DNA from: Harriotta raleighana
Taxonomy: Eukaryota
DNA: 64,000 nucleotides
NCBI GenBank assembly: GCA_050575255.1
Contig: JBNZDD010013718.1
Coordinates: forward strand, 3,910,540 to 3,974,539
Direction of reading: 5' to 3'
The notes below the pieces were generated by a model. It was not told where the DNA came from, ran no database searches, and saw nothing but the letters and a program-made list of their open reading frames with translations. The position numbers were made by a program, and so were the translations under genes. This document shows positions 37,831 through 52,711 of this stretch, piece after piece. Every line of letters starts with the position of its first letter. The first letter of the stretch is position 1.

Positions 37831-40800
37831 AGATAAATCTAAACGCAGAGAGGTTCAAAGAGACAACACAGCACATAGCACATAACAAATCTAGAATTCT
37901 GAGTGAAGGGGCATTAACCTTGGCATGGGGGCACTGCTTCTTCAACTGCCCCTATTAGTGCCCCTCCACTTGGATAATTCGGGAGGTCAGCTAATAGCTG
38001 TGTAAGTAAGGTGCGTCTTACCATGCAACAATTCTTGTCTCTGACAGATATTTAATCTCAAAACCTTCAGTGAGTGGATTTGAAGTACTCATGTCAGAAA
38101 GTAGAACTAGCAGGACTCATTCTAAACTGCCGAAATGCATCTCCTATCAATCACAGAGCAACAATGACAGCAGACACACAGAAAGCTGAAGTGAAGTCCA
38201 TATACTCCTCCAGCTTGCCAGAGAAGTAACAAGGGGAGGGAGTCAGCAACAGAGAAAATGATGCACTCATTTGAGGGAATTTTTTTTAATACTAATCCTT
38301 CATTAACATTTAAAGAAAATTGCTGTGGCAAAATCCAATTTATAGCAAAATTATTTGTGCCTTTTTCGGGGGGAAAATAACGAAATGCTTACTATCTGCA
38401 TCAGTGCTTCAGATATCTTGATCATTTAGTTGTTTTGAGAAAAGTAGTCAATCCCCAGGATGAATACACATCAGAAAGTAATGTATTTGCATAGGAAAAG
38501 CAGATAGAGCAGCAGACATGAGAATTTTCCTAATTTCCATGAAAGTGGTTGCTATAGAAAGCACTTTGGATTCATAAAGATAACATTACTGGAATCCCAG
38601 GTTGTACATACATAAGACAAGAATTCAACCACTCGGCCTCCATTACTGGAAATGCATTGTTCCTGTGAAAGATCCCTAGAGGTATTAGCTTTGCTACCTC
38701 AAATCTCATCTCATTTTACATTTTATAGCTGTTGCATACACAGTAATATTCATGGGTGGCCTAGCACATCAGTTCATGAAGGCATTTTACCAAAGAACAG
38801 CAGGATCTGGATTGACCCCTGCAATTTGCCACATGGCGAGTTCCTGATTTCAGGAGCTGGCAGAATCATTTCTCTTTGGAGGATTAAAACAAAATCAAAG
38901 AGAGTGTCAAGCTATTTACCAGTCCAATGTCAACACTATCCCTTTTAGCTAGGCATGATATATGCTATGGGCAGGAAAGAACTTAGAAAATGAACAAGAA
39001 AGGGATATTATTTATGAAACTGCATGGCAGTTTTAATGTAACATTTATAGCACTCTATATCCATTGCCTGTAGAATGCAGTTTATTTAAACTAATTGATA
39101 TTAGAAGTTTTATTCTCTGCATTCTCCTAATAAGGGACTTTACAATGGTGTCTGCCAAATCTGCTAGTATACCATAATTGTAATGATGTCTGTCGTGGGA
39201 TAGTTTATCCTAATCATACATTTCATCATTATTGTGAATATGAGCAAATTTTTTTTTACACACAATATAAAGAATAAATGCTAGGTTCTTTTTAAGTTGC
39301 TAAATATGCGTTCCCCCAATCATCTCATTTTGATATTTTAGGATATATTTGGTGCTGAAGGAGCAAAGCAGCAGTTTTAAATTATCTTCATAGTCAAAAT
39401 AATCTGTCCAATAAACTACAGACTAGCAGTACCAAGTTCATGTCAACATTAGGCATTGCTCTTCCCTCAGGTTTGACTTCAGACCTGTTCTAACCACCTA
39501 CCCCTCAAACTAAGATTCCATTTTCATGTAAAAGGGTGAAAAATATAGATTCCATATCAGATTCGATACAGTAATTATCACATTGAACCAGTTATGAAAC
39601 ATTGTACTGTGTTTCAACTCCCAAGTTTGTTGAAACAGAAAACACCTGTTGTCTATTGAACACACAACACACAGAACGATCAATGTTTAAAGGAACAGTC
39701 AGTACATTTTACGGTATATACTATGAAGTGCTTTGAGACATTCTCCTGACATGAGATGTGTTATATCAAATGCAGTGTTTGTTATTATTACCACCAAAAG
39801 ACATTTTGCAGTCAAACCTTACTCCAAAACACATGGTCAAATCTCACCCCAACGATTGAAAATGGAACCTGATCTAAATATACTCAGCATGTGAAGAAAC
39901 CCAGTTCTTGTATTTAAAACAATTGAATGTCCCGATTCAGCAAACATATAATTTGTTTGAAACAACAATCCTATTTTAATGAAATCACGACACGTTTATA
40001 CAGGTAATCTAATCACTAATCTTTCATTGTCCAGACCTTAAGGACAAGTTCAATTAGTCTCTTAGATCAATGAAACCAGTCATAAAGCGTTTAATCTCCA
40101 TCTGCTATTTTAGTCAAACCTAGTCTTTGCACTGTTTGAAAAAAAATGTTCATTCCAGTTCAGCTACAGGAAAAGTTAAATCACCAGCTGTGACGCCTAT
40201 TTTGCAATGAAAACTTGCAGTGACTATCATTATCTGCCTCACAACTTGAAGAAGTGGGCAATATATGGTTTTCAGCCCATTTCTTCAGATAACAAGTTAA
40301 TAGAGATATTGCATTCTAATATGAAACTTTCTCCATGGAGAATAAGAGAATAAGATTTAAAAACTTTTTAAAATTCTAATGGAGTTCCAAGAACGCAGTA
40401 AACTTTTGTGAATTGGTTAATTTTTAAAAAAACATGCTTAATATTGGGACCAGTGCTCCTGTATTTCCCATTAAATGGTCAGATCCAGAGGGCATTTTAT
40501 TGTATAAAAGTTAGAAGGACCCAATTCTAGTGTTATGTGAGAAAAAATCCATATTTGGAATCATGCAGGTATGATTGACAATTGTTTAACATCCAACAGG
40601 TTCATTTCGCTGACATGGACCAACCCAGCCTATAATATTGTCATCCTTTTTCAACGCAAGTCAGTTGGATATTCATCAAGCTTGAAACAAGTTACCTGCT
40701 GCAATTTATATTTATACAAATGCCTTCCGGAGAGTTCCGGAGGATTCCCTGGAATGTTTTGCAACCTGAAGTGCAAGTGTCATATTGCTTTATAACAGGC

Positions 40801-43800
40801 ACTTATAAAGCCTAATAGCTATACATACATATATAAATGATATATATATATATATATATTAAAAAATTGCTTCTGGGTGGCAGAGAATGTGTTTAAACTA
40901 TCAGCTCAAGCTTCATGGATTTAGAAGAGGGAAAAGAAACATGCCTGATTGAATTTCTAAAGCCGCCTTTAGGTTATAAAGAAGAGAAAAAATTCCAAAC
41001 ACAAGGAAAAATGTTGCACAGAACCTTTGTTAAAAAACAGATGCATCTTACACGGAAAACTCGAGTTCTCGTAGAGTTAACTGTATAAAAGGCAAGAAGT
41101 ACATACTTCAGTAACTGGATAATTAGAAGAAATGAATTGCTGAGGAATTCGATCATTATCAGATTAAGTGAAAATACATCAACTTCACAATAACAGTTGT
41201 GACATTGTGTTAGAGAAGCGATCTTGTCTTTCTTGTTTCTGCTGAGTCATAATTGCCACAATTGATTACAAAGCAAAGACTGCACCAATCACTCTATTGC
41301 TCATGGCTAAATTCCGACAGTGCCACATGACAGCAAAGTGGAGGAGAGATGGCAAAGAGAGAGAAAAATAACTGAGGCCAATGATCAAACACGGCTCAAC
41401 TGAGAATCACTGGTAACTCCATGTTCATTTCTGGCACAGGGCAAAACTAAGCAGTTTTACAACAAAGAGAACAATTTAGGAGTCAAAGAGCCAAGTCACT
41501 TCCATAAACAAACTCTAAATGAGAGTAGAAGAAAATCCTTAAGCATGATTTTGGGCCCATTTTGCAAACACTTACGGAGACCATACAGTGCAGAAATGTG
41601 CCATTTGGGCCAACTAGTCCATGCTGAAGTATTTCTGAGTACTTCACAACAATCCCTTTGAATCCAGGTCTGCCTTATTCAAATCCATTTATTATCTATT
41701 CCTGACTGAAGCGAAGAATTTAAAATAATGGAACACCCCGATATCATTGTCTGATTTACCAATCCTACTAACTTTTAATAATAAAATCTGACAGCAGGTT
41801 TATCTATAGAAACAAAAAAATTAAATAAAATATGAGTTTTGTCAACCGATGCATGCAACTTTTATTAATTATCCGTCTACTTTTTGACATCCGTTGCATA
41901 CCAACACAATTGAGGTTTCAATAGACAAAACGTCAACTCAATTTTTCAATTTAAAGTGTATTATATGTAATACTGTTAAAATTAAATTTAAAAAAAGTTC
42001 TCCCTGAATTTTGGAAACCCAGCCATGTAATATTCAATGGGAGTAAGAAATAATTGAATAAAAATAGCACATGTTAGCATATCAATGCTGCTATACATAC
42101 CTAAATCACTAAAATGCACAGACTCACATTTCAGTTGTCCCTTGACTCCAGTAACTGCCAAAGTCAATTAAGATGAGCTTTTATTTTAGATTTTGGCCAG
42201 CCTGTTGAATGAGAGCACCTTACGAAAACCAAACAGTCATTTGAAGGGTGATGGAGAAAACAAAATAGAAGTGTGTGTCTTTTATCCCACTCCAAATAGA
42301 GTTGCAATGGATAACTGCAGAGCAGTAATGAGTAGTCTGTGGCTTGGCCCCACCAGTCCAAGTAGGTACGTGCCTGTGGTAAAATAGCACAGGACCTCGA
42401 CTAAAGAAGTAAACAATACACTCGGGATCGACTATTCCATAAAATGGTATAGGATTGGTAAATGTTGCACTCGCTTTCGAGATACATCTTTGTGTTCCAA
42501 AAATAACCATTCACAAAATCACGAGGGCTAAACTAGGCTCACTCAGTTTTGCCCTGGAATGATTTACTTACAACCGGCGGACAAGAAAACATCAAACATT
42601 CCACTGCACAAAGGGAATGTATTGTTGGAAAAATACATACTGACAGAGTCCTCCCAACTTCTGTACCTCAGTCTAAATATTTAATAACAGAACTAATTTA
42701 TTAATAAACAGAATTTCTATTGAATTAACTATAACTAGAGGCCCAATTCAAACTAAATATCCCTTGATAAAAGAAAGCTCATCATTTTAAGATAGTAATG
42801 AAGTAAGGCCTGGAAAACTAACAACGATTAGAGGCATACTTGACATTTTTGGTCCTCATTACATTTGGCCTAACATTTTTACTGGAACAGCAATTGTTTG
42901 ATCTATAGACATATTAAAATGAGAAATACTGGTTTCTGAATGGAATGTTTGAATCACAATTGCATCATAGCAAAACTTTTTGTTAAATTCTCTTGTTGCA
43001 TGTCTTTCTTTTATTATACCTGAGATTTGGCCTTTAGAACATTACAGTAAAGCAGCACAATGATACCAGAACCCTCAGCTATTAGACTAGAAGGTCCCTA
43101 GTTTGATTTCTAATCTAAAATGGTTGATCATTTTATAAGTTGAAGTAGAAGTTGGGTAATTACAATTGGGTTTGGTGCCCTTGACTAGGAATGGTGGAAG
43201 TGTAGGCTTCCAAGCCCGATTTCCATCCGGTAGCTTTTCTGGAAGCATCTTACCCACACATTGGGCAAGAACAAAACTAACCTCAGCTCTAATGCTCCTT
43301 ACAGTCAAAAAGGCTCCAGTCACTCGTTCTCTGCAAGTGGTTGCCAACTATCTTGGAAACATACTCCAATAAAAGCTACGGTTTCAAAGGAGATGGTGAC
43401 TAAACACAAAAATATTGAATGCAGTGGTATTCAAGTGTGGGAAGCTAAAAATATGGTTCAAGAGTCAAAGGGATAGGGAAGTTAAGAGCTTTACATTCTT
43501 AACGGCTCTGGTCAGCATTAATCCTCTTCACCCATTAATAAGCAGTAATTTTTTTTTGACAGGCATGGCGAGGCTTAAATGTTGCTATCAGAAGTGTTTT
43601 CTATTCAAATGTCATCTGTCATGATGCGGCTTCAGGTTATGGTTTATAAGACAGGTAAAGGTGAGATAAACAAGATGTCAGAATTGCCACATACAGCATA
43701 ATCCACACTTTAGTGTTTTATCAATGGTCAGGTTACAGGGTCTTTATGTCTATAAGGAATGAGATCCACCCTCACCCTTTCAAAAGACTGCATTGACATG

Positions 43801-44749
43801 AACCGTCACCTTTGGTTCCCATTTAAATGCTTCACAAAGTGCATCTTGTATTAACAACATCTAGAAGAGGTCTATAATCTGCGTTGGGTACATTAACACC
43901 AGTCGACCTCCCCGATGATAGATCAGATGACTGGACATGTAATGCTCCCCCTAGGCTTTTAAGCGGGAGTGTTAGCTGAACCTAGTTGTCATTCTCTGTA
44001 ATGTACAATGACTCCACTGAAAGGCTATGCCTGACTTGGAATAAGTAAACTTTGTTTTCCTTTGGAATTAAATAGAATGTTTTATAATCGTTATTGTTAC
44101 TTGTAGCAGAGTGAAAGATTTCCTCTGCAAGACGAAACCGCCTGTAGCTCAATAGTGTATCACTGCAGAATTTGTGGGATCTAGAAGTGAGCTGCAATTC
44201 CTTTTCCTACATGGATGAGCGAACGCAAGTAAAAAGCACCTTCTGAAATGGAAAAATGCTCTTCGATCCACATTGCAAACTTTTAAAACACAAGTGATAC
44301 TAAATTGATATGGGACAATATTAACAAATCTAATGATAGGCCCCCAAAAATCATACATTTTAACAAAGCCTATAGTAGTGAGGAATAAACAATCCATACC
44401 ATCATGAGATTGGGTCAAAGGACCCATAATCCAGAAGGTACATTTAGTAGAACTAAAAAAAAACACAGGAGGATCATACAGAAACTATTAGGATATCACT
44501 GCTAGATTATACAACACAGTGCACCAAACCACAGCAAACAAACAAAACATGCACTGAGCTGTAAAGGTCACTTAATTCAATAATAATTCACTGGTTCCTC
44601 CTGGATGTTTATATTTCAATTTGAAACTAGCTGCGGATCAACTTGGCATAGGTGGTGGAAGATTGGTGTGTATTGGTAGGAGAGGGAAAGGAATGGTCCT
44701 GATTTTGTTTTGCCTTTGGGAGCAGGCTGGTGCACATATCCATGTTTGT

Positions 44750-44912
44750 TAGCCTGTCTCAGTTGTTACCTCTCTCGTCTCTGAGTCAGAAAGTTGTGGG
44801 TTCAAGCCACACATCTGAACTTTGAACACGTACACTATAGGCTGTTGATCCAATGCATTGCTGGTGATGCGTTGCATTGTTGGAGGTGCTTCGACTGAGA
44901 CATTAAACCATG
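44750..44912 (+). mobile_element. tRNA-Deu SINE 5' fragment
   Basis: gtctcagttgttacc...tctgagtcagaaagttgtgggttcaagccc head, followed by gcattgttggaggtgc...gagacattaaacc. Confidence 0.7.
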
Positions 44913-46409
44913 CATTTGTTGCGAACGTGTGTAAATGTGTTTATCTTTGCATGCGTTTATCTGGCCTATCATGTTTTGGGTACCTAAACCTGAAAATCTT
45001 GAAACCCAAACATGAAGAATTAATTAGTCCCAATACACCACTAATTATTTAATACTTGGTGAACACTTTCTGGAATTCACAAAAAAAAATCCAAGAATTG
45101 CCCCTTAAAATAGAACAAGCCACATAATAAATCTACAAGAAGTATTTGGGTAGACAGCGTCCCTACTAAAGTGAATGGACATGGAGTCTAATCATGTGCA
45201 GAGCTCTGCGAGGTTGTCACTAAATAATGCAACACTGTTCCAAGCCACAAGATTTCTTATTGAAACTATTAAGACATTTTTATGCTAATAATGAATTCTG
45301 ATGGTACATCTGGAGGTTTCCCCCAATTAAAGACTACACTTCAACCATCACTGATAATTAGATCAGTTTCTCTACGCTGCTCAGAGACCTAAGAATAGCT
45401 GTATTGTGTGAATACAGCAGAAGTACTGTACTGAAAATGATCTCTTCAGTTTGTGAGCAGCTTTTACACTTGTGTTTTAATATAGACCTCTGAACTCGGG
45501 TTGAACTTAGTTGCCTTGTAACCTGCAGCTTTCATGACAGTGCTTCAAATCTGGTTACAAATAGTGAAATTGACATTTATAACCAAACAAATCTTTTACA
45601 AATCTAGTGTTTCAATTCACCGCTCCACTGGAGTGGCCAGCTGGGAAGCACATCAGGTATATTTAATAAACCATGGCAAAATACTAATAGTTTACAACTG
45701 TCCAATTTATGGCTGTTGTTGGAGTGGAGATAAGTGTATGTTTGTCTAGGGTTAAGCTGGCTGCATGGTACTACGCAGATACTACTGTTTAGCCTTGACA
45801 ATATGTGTCGCTGTAAGGAGCCAAGCAATGTTGTTAACCGCAGAGCGTCATATTTCAATATAGCTTGCAGGGATACTAGTTAAATTTCTGCGATCAATGT
45901 CAAATTCAATCTATTAAGAACCATCACAGTTTTCAGCAGTGTTCCAACCTGCACTTTGTAGCCCCAAATCACGAGAAGTCATTCACTCTGCGCAAGTGCT
46001 CTCTATGTATAGTGTACTCCCTCCCTCGAATCTTAATGTCTTTGATCCTCTCAAAATTATGGCTGTAACAGGAATTCAATTCAACAGGATGTCATATCTC
46101 AAAAAAAAAAGACTAGATAAACCATTTTACAATCAAATTGCTCTGAAATAGACTCATAGCTCCAGCAGTGACTGAACCTGCAGTTCCTGTGAAGATCTTG
46201 ATTACATCGCTCATTTACAGGCACCTGCGAATACTTTAATCTGTCTGCCATGACGAGAAAATGACAATACAGCAGAGCGAGGGCACATCTGCATGGCAAT
46301 TTTGTGAAGAAAGGGTGCAAATCAACGGAAGAATACACGGGAATCCGTTAAAAAGAATTGAGAGTTTAGTCAGGAGAGAGAGAAAGGAAAATAAACGGAG
46401 ATTAAAAGA

Positions 46410-46630
46410 AGTGAATGCTGGAAATGTGAAGCGAAGGCAGGAAACGCTGCTCAGAGGGTCATTCGGAAAGAGAACTGGAGGTTAAGTTCCTGGGTATGAA
46501 CCTTTCATCATAACTCAATGGATTCTGATGAGGACTCATAGCTATTATATATCCCTCACCCACCCTTCTCAGCCCCATCTCTCTTTCAGATGCAAGATGG
46601 CCTGCTGTGCATTTGCCAAATTTTCTGATA
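46410..46630. mobile_element. Decayed palindromic remnant, possibly Penelope-like terminal repeats (also at +1903)
   Basis: atgctggaaat...acctttcatcataact / ttctgatgaggactcat...cagatgc..gcctgctgtgcattt inverted layout resembles shark Penelope ends as I recall them. Unverified. Confidence 0.4.
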
Positions 46631-46744
46631 ATGAATAGGACTCAATTGAGCCATTACTAACTGGCATGAAGAAAAACCTTCCTGTAGGATTCAGCAAGTA
46701 ACCACACTGGTTCTAAATTTTTGATGCACAAAGTTTTCTGATGT

Positions 46745-47092
46745 ACAACGACAACATTATATTTGTATAGCACCATTCACATCAGGAGGACATCCCAAGG
46801 AGCTGGACAATCTCACTGGACAAGGTGAGGTAGGGGAAAGCAGAATGGGTCATGGCATGGATGTCGGATAAAAAATATATAGTTGAGGGTCAAACAAGAC
46901 GCCAAGGTTTTGGACTGGTTTAGTAACCTGGAGTGTGCTTCCAAGGATAGTGATGCTGTCAGTGGCTACCTGGAACCACTGACGGGAGCCAATCTGAAGG
47001 GCCTCGATCTTGTTGACATTCAACTGTAGAAAAAAATCACTCTCATCCAGAATTTGATGTCTTGACAGACATTCTGTCAGTACAGCAGTGGT
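46745..47092 (-). mobile_element. L2-type LINE remnant: 3' tail plus RT fragment (also at +1903)
   Basis: Tail caacgacaac...ttcacatcaggaggacatcccaagg. The minus strand of ~46985-47090 reads approximately LTECLS/DIKFWM..FLQLNVNKIEALQIGS with frameshifts, an L2 RT motif. Confidence 0.7.
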
Positions 47093-50000
47093 CCTGCCCG
47101 CAATATAATGGGTCTTGGGTATTTCTGTTTCATATGATGCTCTCTTATCTTATAAGACCCACTCATCAATCATTGACAATTCACCACAGGCTTGACATTT
47201 CACCCAAGGATTGGACTGAAGAATATGTGTATACTAGTGCAACAGTTTAGGAAAATTCTTCAATTCAATCTTAGGTTGAAGCCAGTGCATTTGCAGATCA
47301 ATGGGGAATTAAAATAAAATTTTGCAGAATGTTAAATTTGAAGACAAAGTGGTCTTATAAGGTAAGGTAGTATTCTGCACCCTACATCTCCATAAAGTTC
47401 TGTTTGGGATAGAACAAACGAACAACCCAGCACCATGCAGGTAATGCTCTGAGACANTTACAAATAGTGAAATTGACATTTATAACCAAACAAATCTTTT
47501 ACAAATCTAGTGTTTCAATTCACCGCTCCACTGGAGTGGCCAGCTGGGAAGCACATCAGGTATATTTAATAAACCATGGCAAAATACTAATAGTTTACAA
47601 CTGTCCAATTTATGGCTGTTGTTGGAGTGGAGATAAGTGTATGTTTGTCTAGGGTTAAGCTGGCTGCATGGTACTACGCAGATACTACTGTTTAGCCTTG
47701 ACAATATGTGTCGCTGTAAGGAGCCAAGCAATGTTGTTAACCGCAGAGCGTCATATTTCAATATAGCTTGCAGGGATACTAGTTAAATTTCTGCGATCAA
47801 TGTCAAATTCAATCTATTAAGAACCATCACAGTTTTCAGCAGTGTTCCAACCTGCACTTTGTAGCCCCAAATCACGAGAAGTCATTCACTCTGCGCAAGT
47901 GCTCTCTATGTATAGTGTACTCCCTCCCTCGAATCTTAATGTCTTTGATCCTCTCAAAATTATGGCTGTAACAGGAATTCAATTCAACAGGATGTCATAT
48001 CTCAAAAAAAAAAGACTAGATAAACCATTTTACAATCAAATTGCTCTGAAATAGACTCATAGCTCCAGCAGTGACTGAACCTGCAGTTCCTGTGAAGATC
48101 TTGATTACATCGCTCATTTACAGGCACCTGCGAATACTTTAATCTGTCTGCCATGACGGGAAAATGACAATACAGCAGAGCGAGGGCACATCTGCATGGC
48201 AATTTTGTGAAGAAAGGGTGCAAATCAACGGAAGAATACACGGGAATCCGTTAAAAAGAATTGAGAGTTTAGTCAGGAGAGAGAGAAAGGAAAATAAACG
48301 GAGATTAAAAGAAGTGAATGCTGGAAATGTGAAGCGAAGGCAGGAAACGCTGCTCAGAGGGTCATTCGGAAAGAGAACTGGAGGTTAAGTTCCTGGGTAT
48401 GAACCTTTCATCATAACTCAATGGATTCTGATGAGGACTCATAGCTATTATATATCCCTCACCCACCCTTCTCAGCCCCATCTCTCTTTCAGATGCAAGA
48501 TGGCCTGCTGTGCATTTGCCAAATTTTCTGATAATAAATAGGACTCAATTGAGCCATTACTAACTGGCATGAAGAAAAACCTTCCTGTAGGATTCAGCAA
48601 GTAACCACACTGGTTCTAAATTTTTGATGCACAAAGTTTTCTGATGTACAACGACAACATTATATTTGTATAGCACCATTCACATCAGGAGGACATCCCA
48701 AGGCGCTGGACAATCTCACTGGACAAGGTGAGGTAGGGGAAAGCAGAATGGGTCATGGCATGGATGTCGGATAAAAAATATATAGTTGAGGGTCAAACAA
48801 GACGCCAAGGTTTTGGACTGGTTTAGTAACCTGGAGTGTGCTTCCAAGGATAGTGATGCTGTCAGTGGCTACCTGGAACCACTGACGGGAGCCAATCTGA
48901 AGGGCCTCGATCTTGTTGACGTTCAACTGTAGAAAAAAATCACTCTCATCCAGAATTTGATGTCTTGACAGACATTCTGTCAGTACAGCAGTGGTCCTGC
49001 CCGCAATATAATGGGTCTTGGGTATTTCTGTTTCATATGATGCTCTCTTATCTTATAAGACCCACTCATCAATCATTGACAATTCACCACAGGCTTGACA
49101 TTTCACCCAAGGATTGGACTGAAGAATATGTGTATACTAGTGCAACAGTTTAGGAAAATTCTTCAATTCAATCTTAGGTTGAAGCCAGTGCATTTGCAGA
49201 TCAATGGGGAATTAAAATAAAATTTTGCAGAATGTTAAATTTGAAGACAAAGTGGTCTTATAAGGTAAGGTAGAATTCTGCACCCTACATCTCCATAAAG
49301 TTCTGTTTGGGATAGAACAAACGAACAACCCAGCACCATGCAGGTAATGCTCTGAGACACTGTCTGCCTCGCGTGGAGGGTGCTATATCAACTCCAATTG
49401 TTGCTGTTCCTCCAACCAGCATTACTAGCATCCACTAGCAGGTTTGAAAGTATGGCATGTGATTACCTTAGTCTCTAGTTTTGTCTTCTTCATGACAGAG
49501 AAGAAAGTAACTTTTGCTTATGCTTTCCCTCCCAGCACAGCCGAGACAGGGAACTCGCTTTGCGGTGGCCTTAATCCCACTTCATCATTATGTGACCAAG
49601 CACCAGCTGGTCACTGAGGCTGCCGAATTATCTAACTCTATGGCAGTCAAGAAACAACAGCAATAAAAATATTATAATCCACTTCAATACTTTTTTTTCC
49701 TGTACTGGAGCAAATGTTGGAAAGAGAACAACACAAAGCGGTAAATTGAAAGTTATTTCTGCAAGTTTGTTTTTCAGGATTTCAACAATCAAAATCTGAC
49801 AATTAATTTAGTAACTGGTTTCCATAAATTTTCATTGACAGCAACTCTTCTGTTTATTAAAGCTAAAAGGCAGTTTATAGAATACTTTTCAGAATTTGCC
49901 AACAAACCACCTGAACCGATGACTAAAACAGCAAATAAATTCCCTGGTGTCACTGCATGACATTACCCAGTGAATTAAACATTAAAAAACAAGGCAACTG

Positions 50001-52711
50001 GTCGATAAACTAGTTGATAGAAAATTAGTTGCCACACAATGACTTCACATAAATAGGGAAAGTGAGATATTTGAAGGAGTAAAATCCCTGGAGCCTACTG
50101 ATGGATTGAGAATTATTGACTGCACAGTAGGAACAATGGCTAAAATCCTGGAAGGAGATAAATGACCAGAGCCATATTCCCAACCAGCTAGGTTGGTCAT
50201 GGAGGCACAGACTGATCCAAGGCCACAAAGCCAGTGAGATTAGCACTTCATACCTGTACAATTGAGAAAGACTGGGAAAGATTTTAAGGAAATCCTAGTT
50301 CTGCAGTGAAGGTGATGAGAATTTCAACAATGTCACGAGGTCCAGTCTCCTATTGGTAAAGGTAAAGTGTGAGTAAACAACAGTTATACCATGGTCCATA
50401 ACATGTGACCTAAATAATGTTTCAATTAGGCCAAACATCAAAACATTGTGGACAGAAATCTATTCCAGTCAAAATTGCCCAACTCGTCAACTGTAACTCA
50501 AACTTTCTTTCCAAGTCAAAGGACAGTGAATTGTCTGAATACCTCCATGCCCCATGAAAACCTCTCAAGAGAAATATGAAATTCAGTTCAGAGCTTTATG
50601 CATTATTTAAGAACCTGAACTCTGTAACAGTAGGAAGTCAAACAGAAGTAATATAGCAGGGGTAGTGAAAGAATAAAGGCTAAATGGAAAGATGATACAT
50701 ATTGTTCAAACTAATAATGGCTTCGAAGATTAACAAGCCATGGAAAGGCTACCTATTGCTTTTGATAGCTACGTAGAATTGGATCTATGTAAATTGTATA
50801 CAGATATTAATAAAAAAATAACGACTACACAAACAACAAACATAACTTTATCATCTCAAAACCGCTTTAATATTGCAGTAATTTTAATGCAGCATCATAG
50901 TCAATGGAGTGATGTGGCAGCAACAACAAAGATTGCAGCCCAAAATGAGGTTTAATTATTGATACCTTTCAGTATAATCTCCCCCGATGTCAGAACAATG
51001 GCTTGGTCTAAAGGTAGCTGAAGTTTCCAGTGTCTGTTACTGCGGTTTCAGACCACAGAGTGCAGTGTTTCAGGGCTGCCACAATGAGCAATACTTCGGT
51101 AAGGCCCACATCAAATTGAATCAAAGGGTGGGAATACGGGGGTGGTGGACATTGGTAAGGCAAACCGTATTTGTTTCTAAACTGGTCAACAATTGATAAT
51201 TGTTTAGTAGCATGAATGCTAATTACCACATTTTCATTCCTATACGTCATCAACTTGGAAAAAGGTACAGCCAAGACAACTCAATGGCAATGAAAATATT
51301 TGAATGGATTTCAAGGGTTTTAAAAGGAACTATTTATGATACATTAGGCATTAGCTATAATGTCAATACAAGAACATGCTGTAAGGCTAGGCTGTTCCAA
51401 GGACTCATCATTCTTTCTTGGTATTGTCTGATAGCTAATAATAACACATAATCATGAAAAGCTGTTGTTGCATCATTACTTACTAACTTACTTACCCCAA
51501 ATGCACAGGAGAAACCTCCAGAATGAAGCAAAGATTTAACCAAGATCCATAAATCCTAATGATTTTATTGTAAATAATCCCTGTTGCCAAACATTCCTTG
51601 CTACTTTTGTTTGATTCCACATGCTATCTGCAAACGTCTAATGCAATTTTAGTTTCTGAGCCTTCAACTTGTTTTTCCTCTGCTTTTCCTCTCTCTCTCT
51701 GTCTCTCTCGCTTCCAGCATGGTCATTGACCTCCACACACCCTCACGCAGCTGATCAAACAGTTCACAGACTCTCACAGCACCTGACGCCAAGGCCACTT
51801 CCCTACTTAGCTGACGGGAGGTAAACCTGATGCAAAGGAATGACGGGCAAAGTGTCATGCCCTCACCCCTTGAAGTGCACTGATTGATTTGGCTATTTGT
51901 TCCCAATTGATAGTGTGCCTTAGAACTCAAGCTTCTGTGGATCTGGTGGAGCCCAGAGCCAGCTGGAACAATCTCCACTGATGAGCAGTCTTGGCATGTT
52001 TTTTTTGGGGGAGGGGGCTATCATTTCATAAATCTGCATAGATAACCTGTGATATAATCCAGGGGAAATGTAGGGAAAAGTGCCGTTGGCTGCTTTTGTA
52101 ATAAAACTCAATCAGATTTCTGCAGGAATGGCACTATTTCAGCTTTGTGAATGATGTGATTACAAATCTTGAAGTGATGCACTGTTTATTTCATCACTTA
52201 CATTGGCTATTTTGAAGCAAAGATACACATTTTCACTTTGTTCTTAAAGTACTTAGCAGCTCCCAGACATTTTTGTTTCCCTCTCTCTCACTATCTTTTT
52301 TTATGCCACTATTTAAAAAATTCTCATTATTTTGAAAATACCAAAGAATTAGAAAGAGACATCCCATTTTTAATAAATTTGTACTCCTTGAGTGAAACCA
52401 GGCACATCTTAGTGACAACACAATTTCTAATCAATAGCATGGAACAGACTCTCAAGCAGTCTTTCTAATGGTTTGCAAATATAGGAACAAATATGTAACC
52501 TTACACAGGACTTAATCAGTCAGGCATTACTGGAACACAACAAAACATTCATTTAGATAACCAGCTTCTTGTCTATTGCAGTTAGCCAACTATATCAAGT
52601 TGTCATGAAATATCTGCACTGTATACCTCCCAAGCTGCCAGAAACCACACTCAGGATTTAGCACATGCTAGGTCTCAAAAGAATGGAATTGCATGTTGTT
52701 TCATGTGACTA

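Larger units (their letters stand above)
45555..49359 (+). repeat. 1902-bp near-identical tandem duplication (45555-47456 / 47458-49359) split by a single n; probable assembly artefact
   Basis: Constant offset of 1903 and duplicated ORF-track entries. Five substitutions seen. n at 47457 sits exactly at the junction. Confidence 0.95.

Noticed and set aside
47448-47457. ctgagaca before the n as a 454 adaptor remnant
   Set aside because: The same bases occur in copy 2 (49351-49359) and continue into a retroposon tail, so they are genomic.
45534-49153. Repeated ORF set suggesting a duplicated gene cassette
   Set aside because: The ORFs are short with no recognisable domain and are repeated only because of the 1.9-kb duplication.
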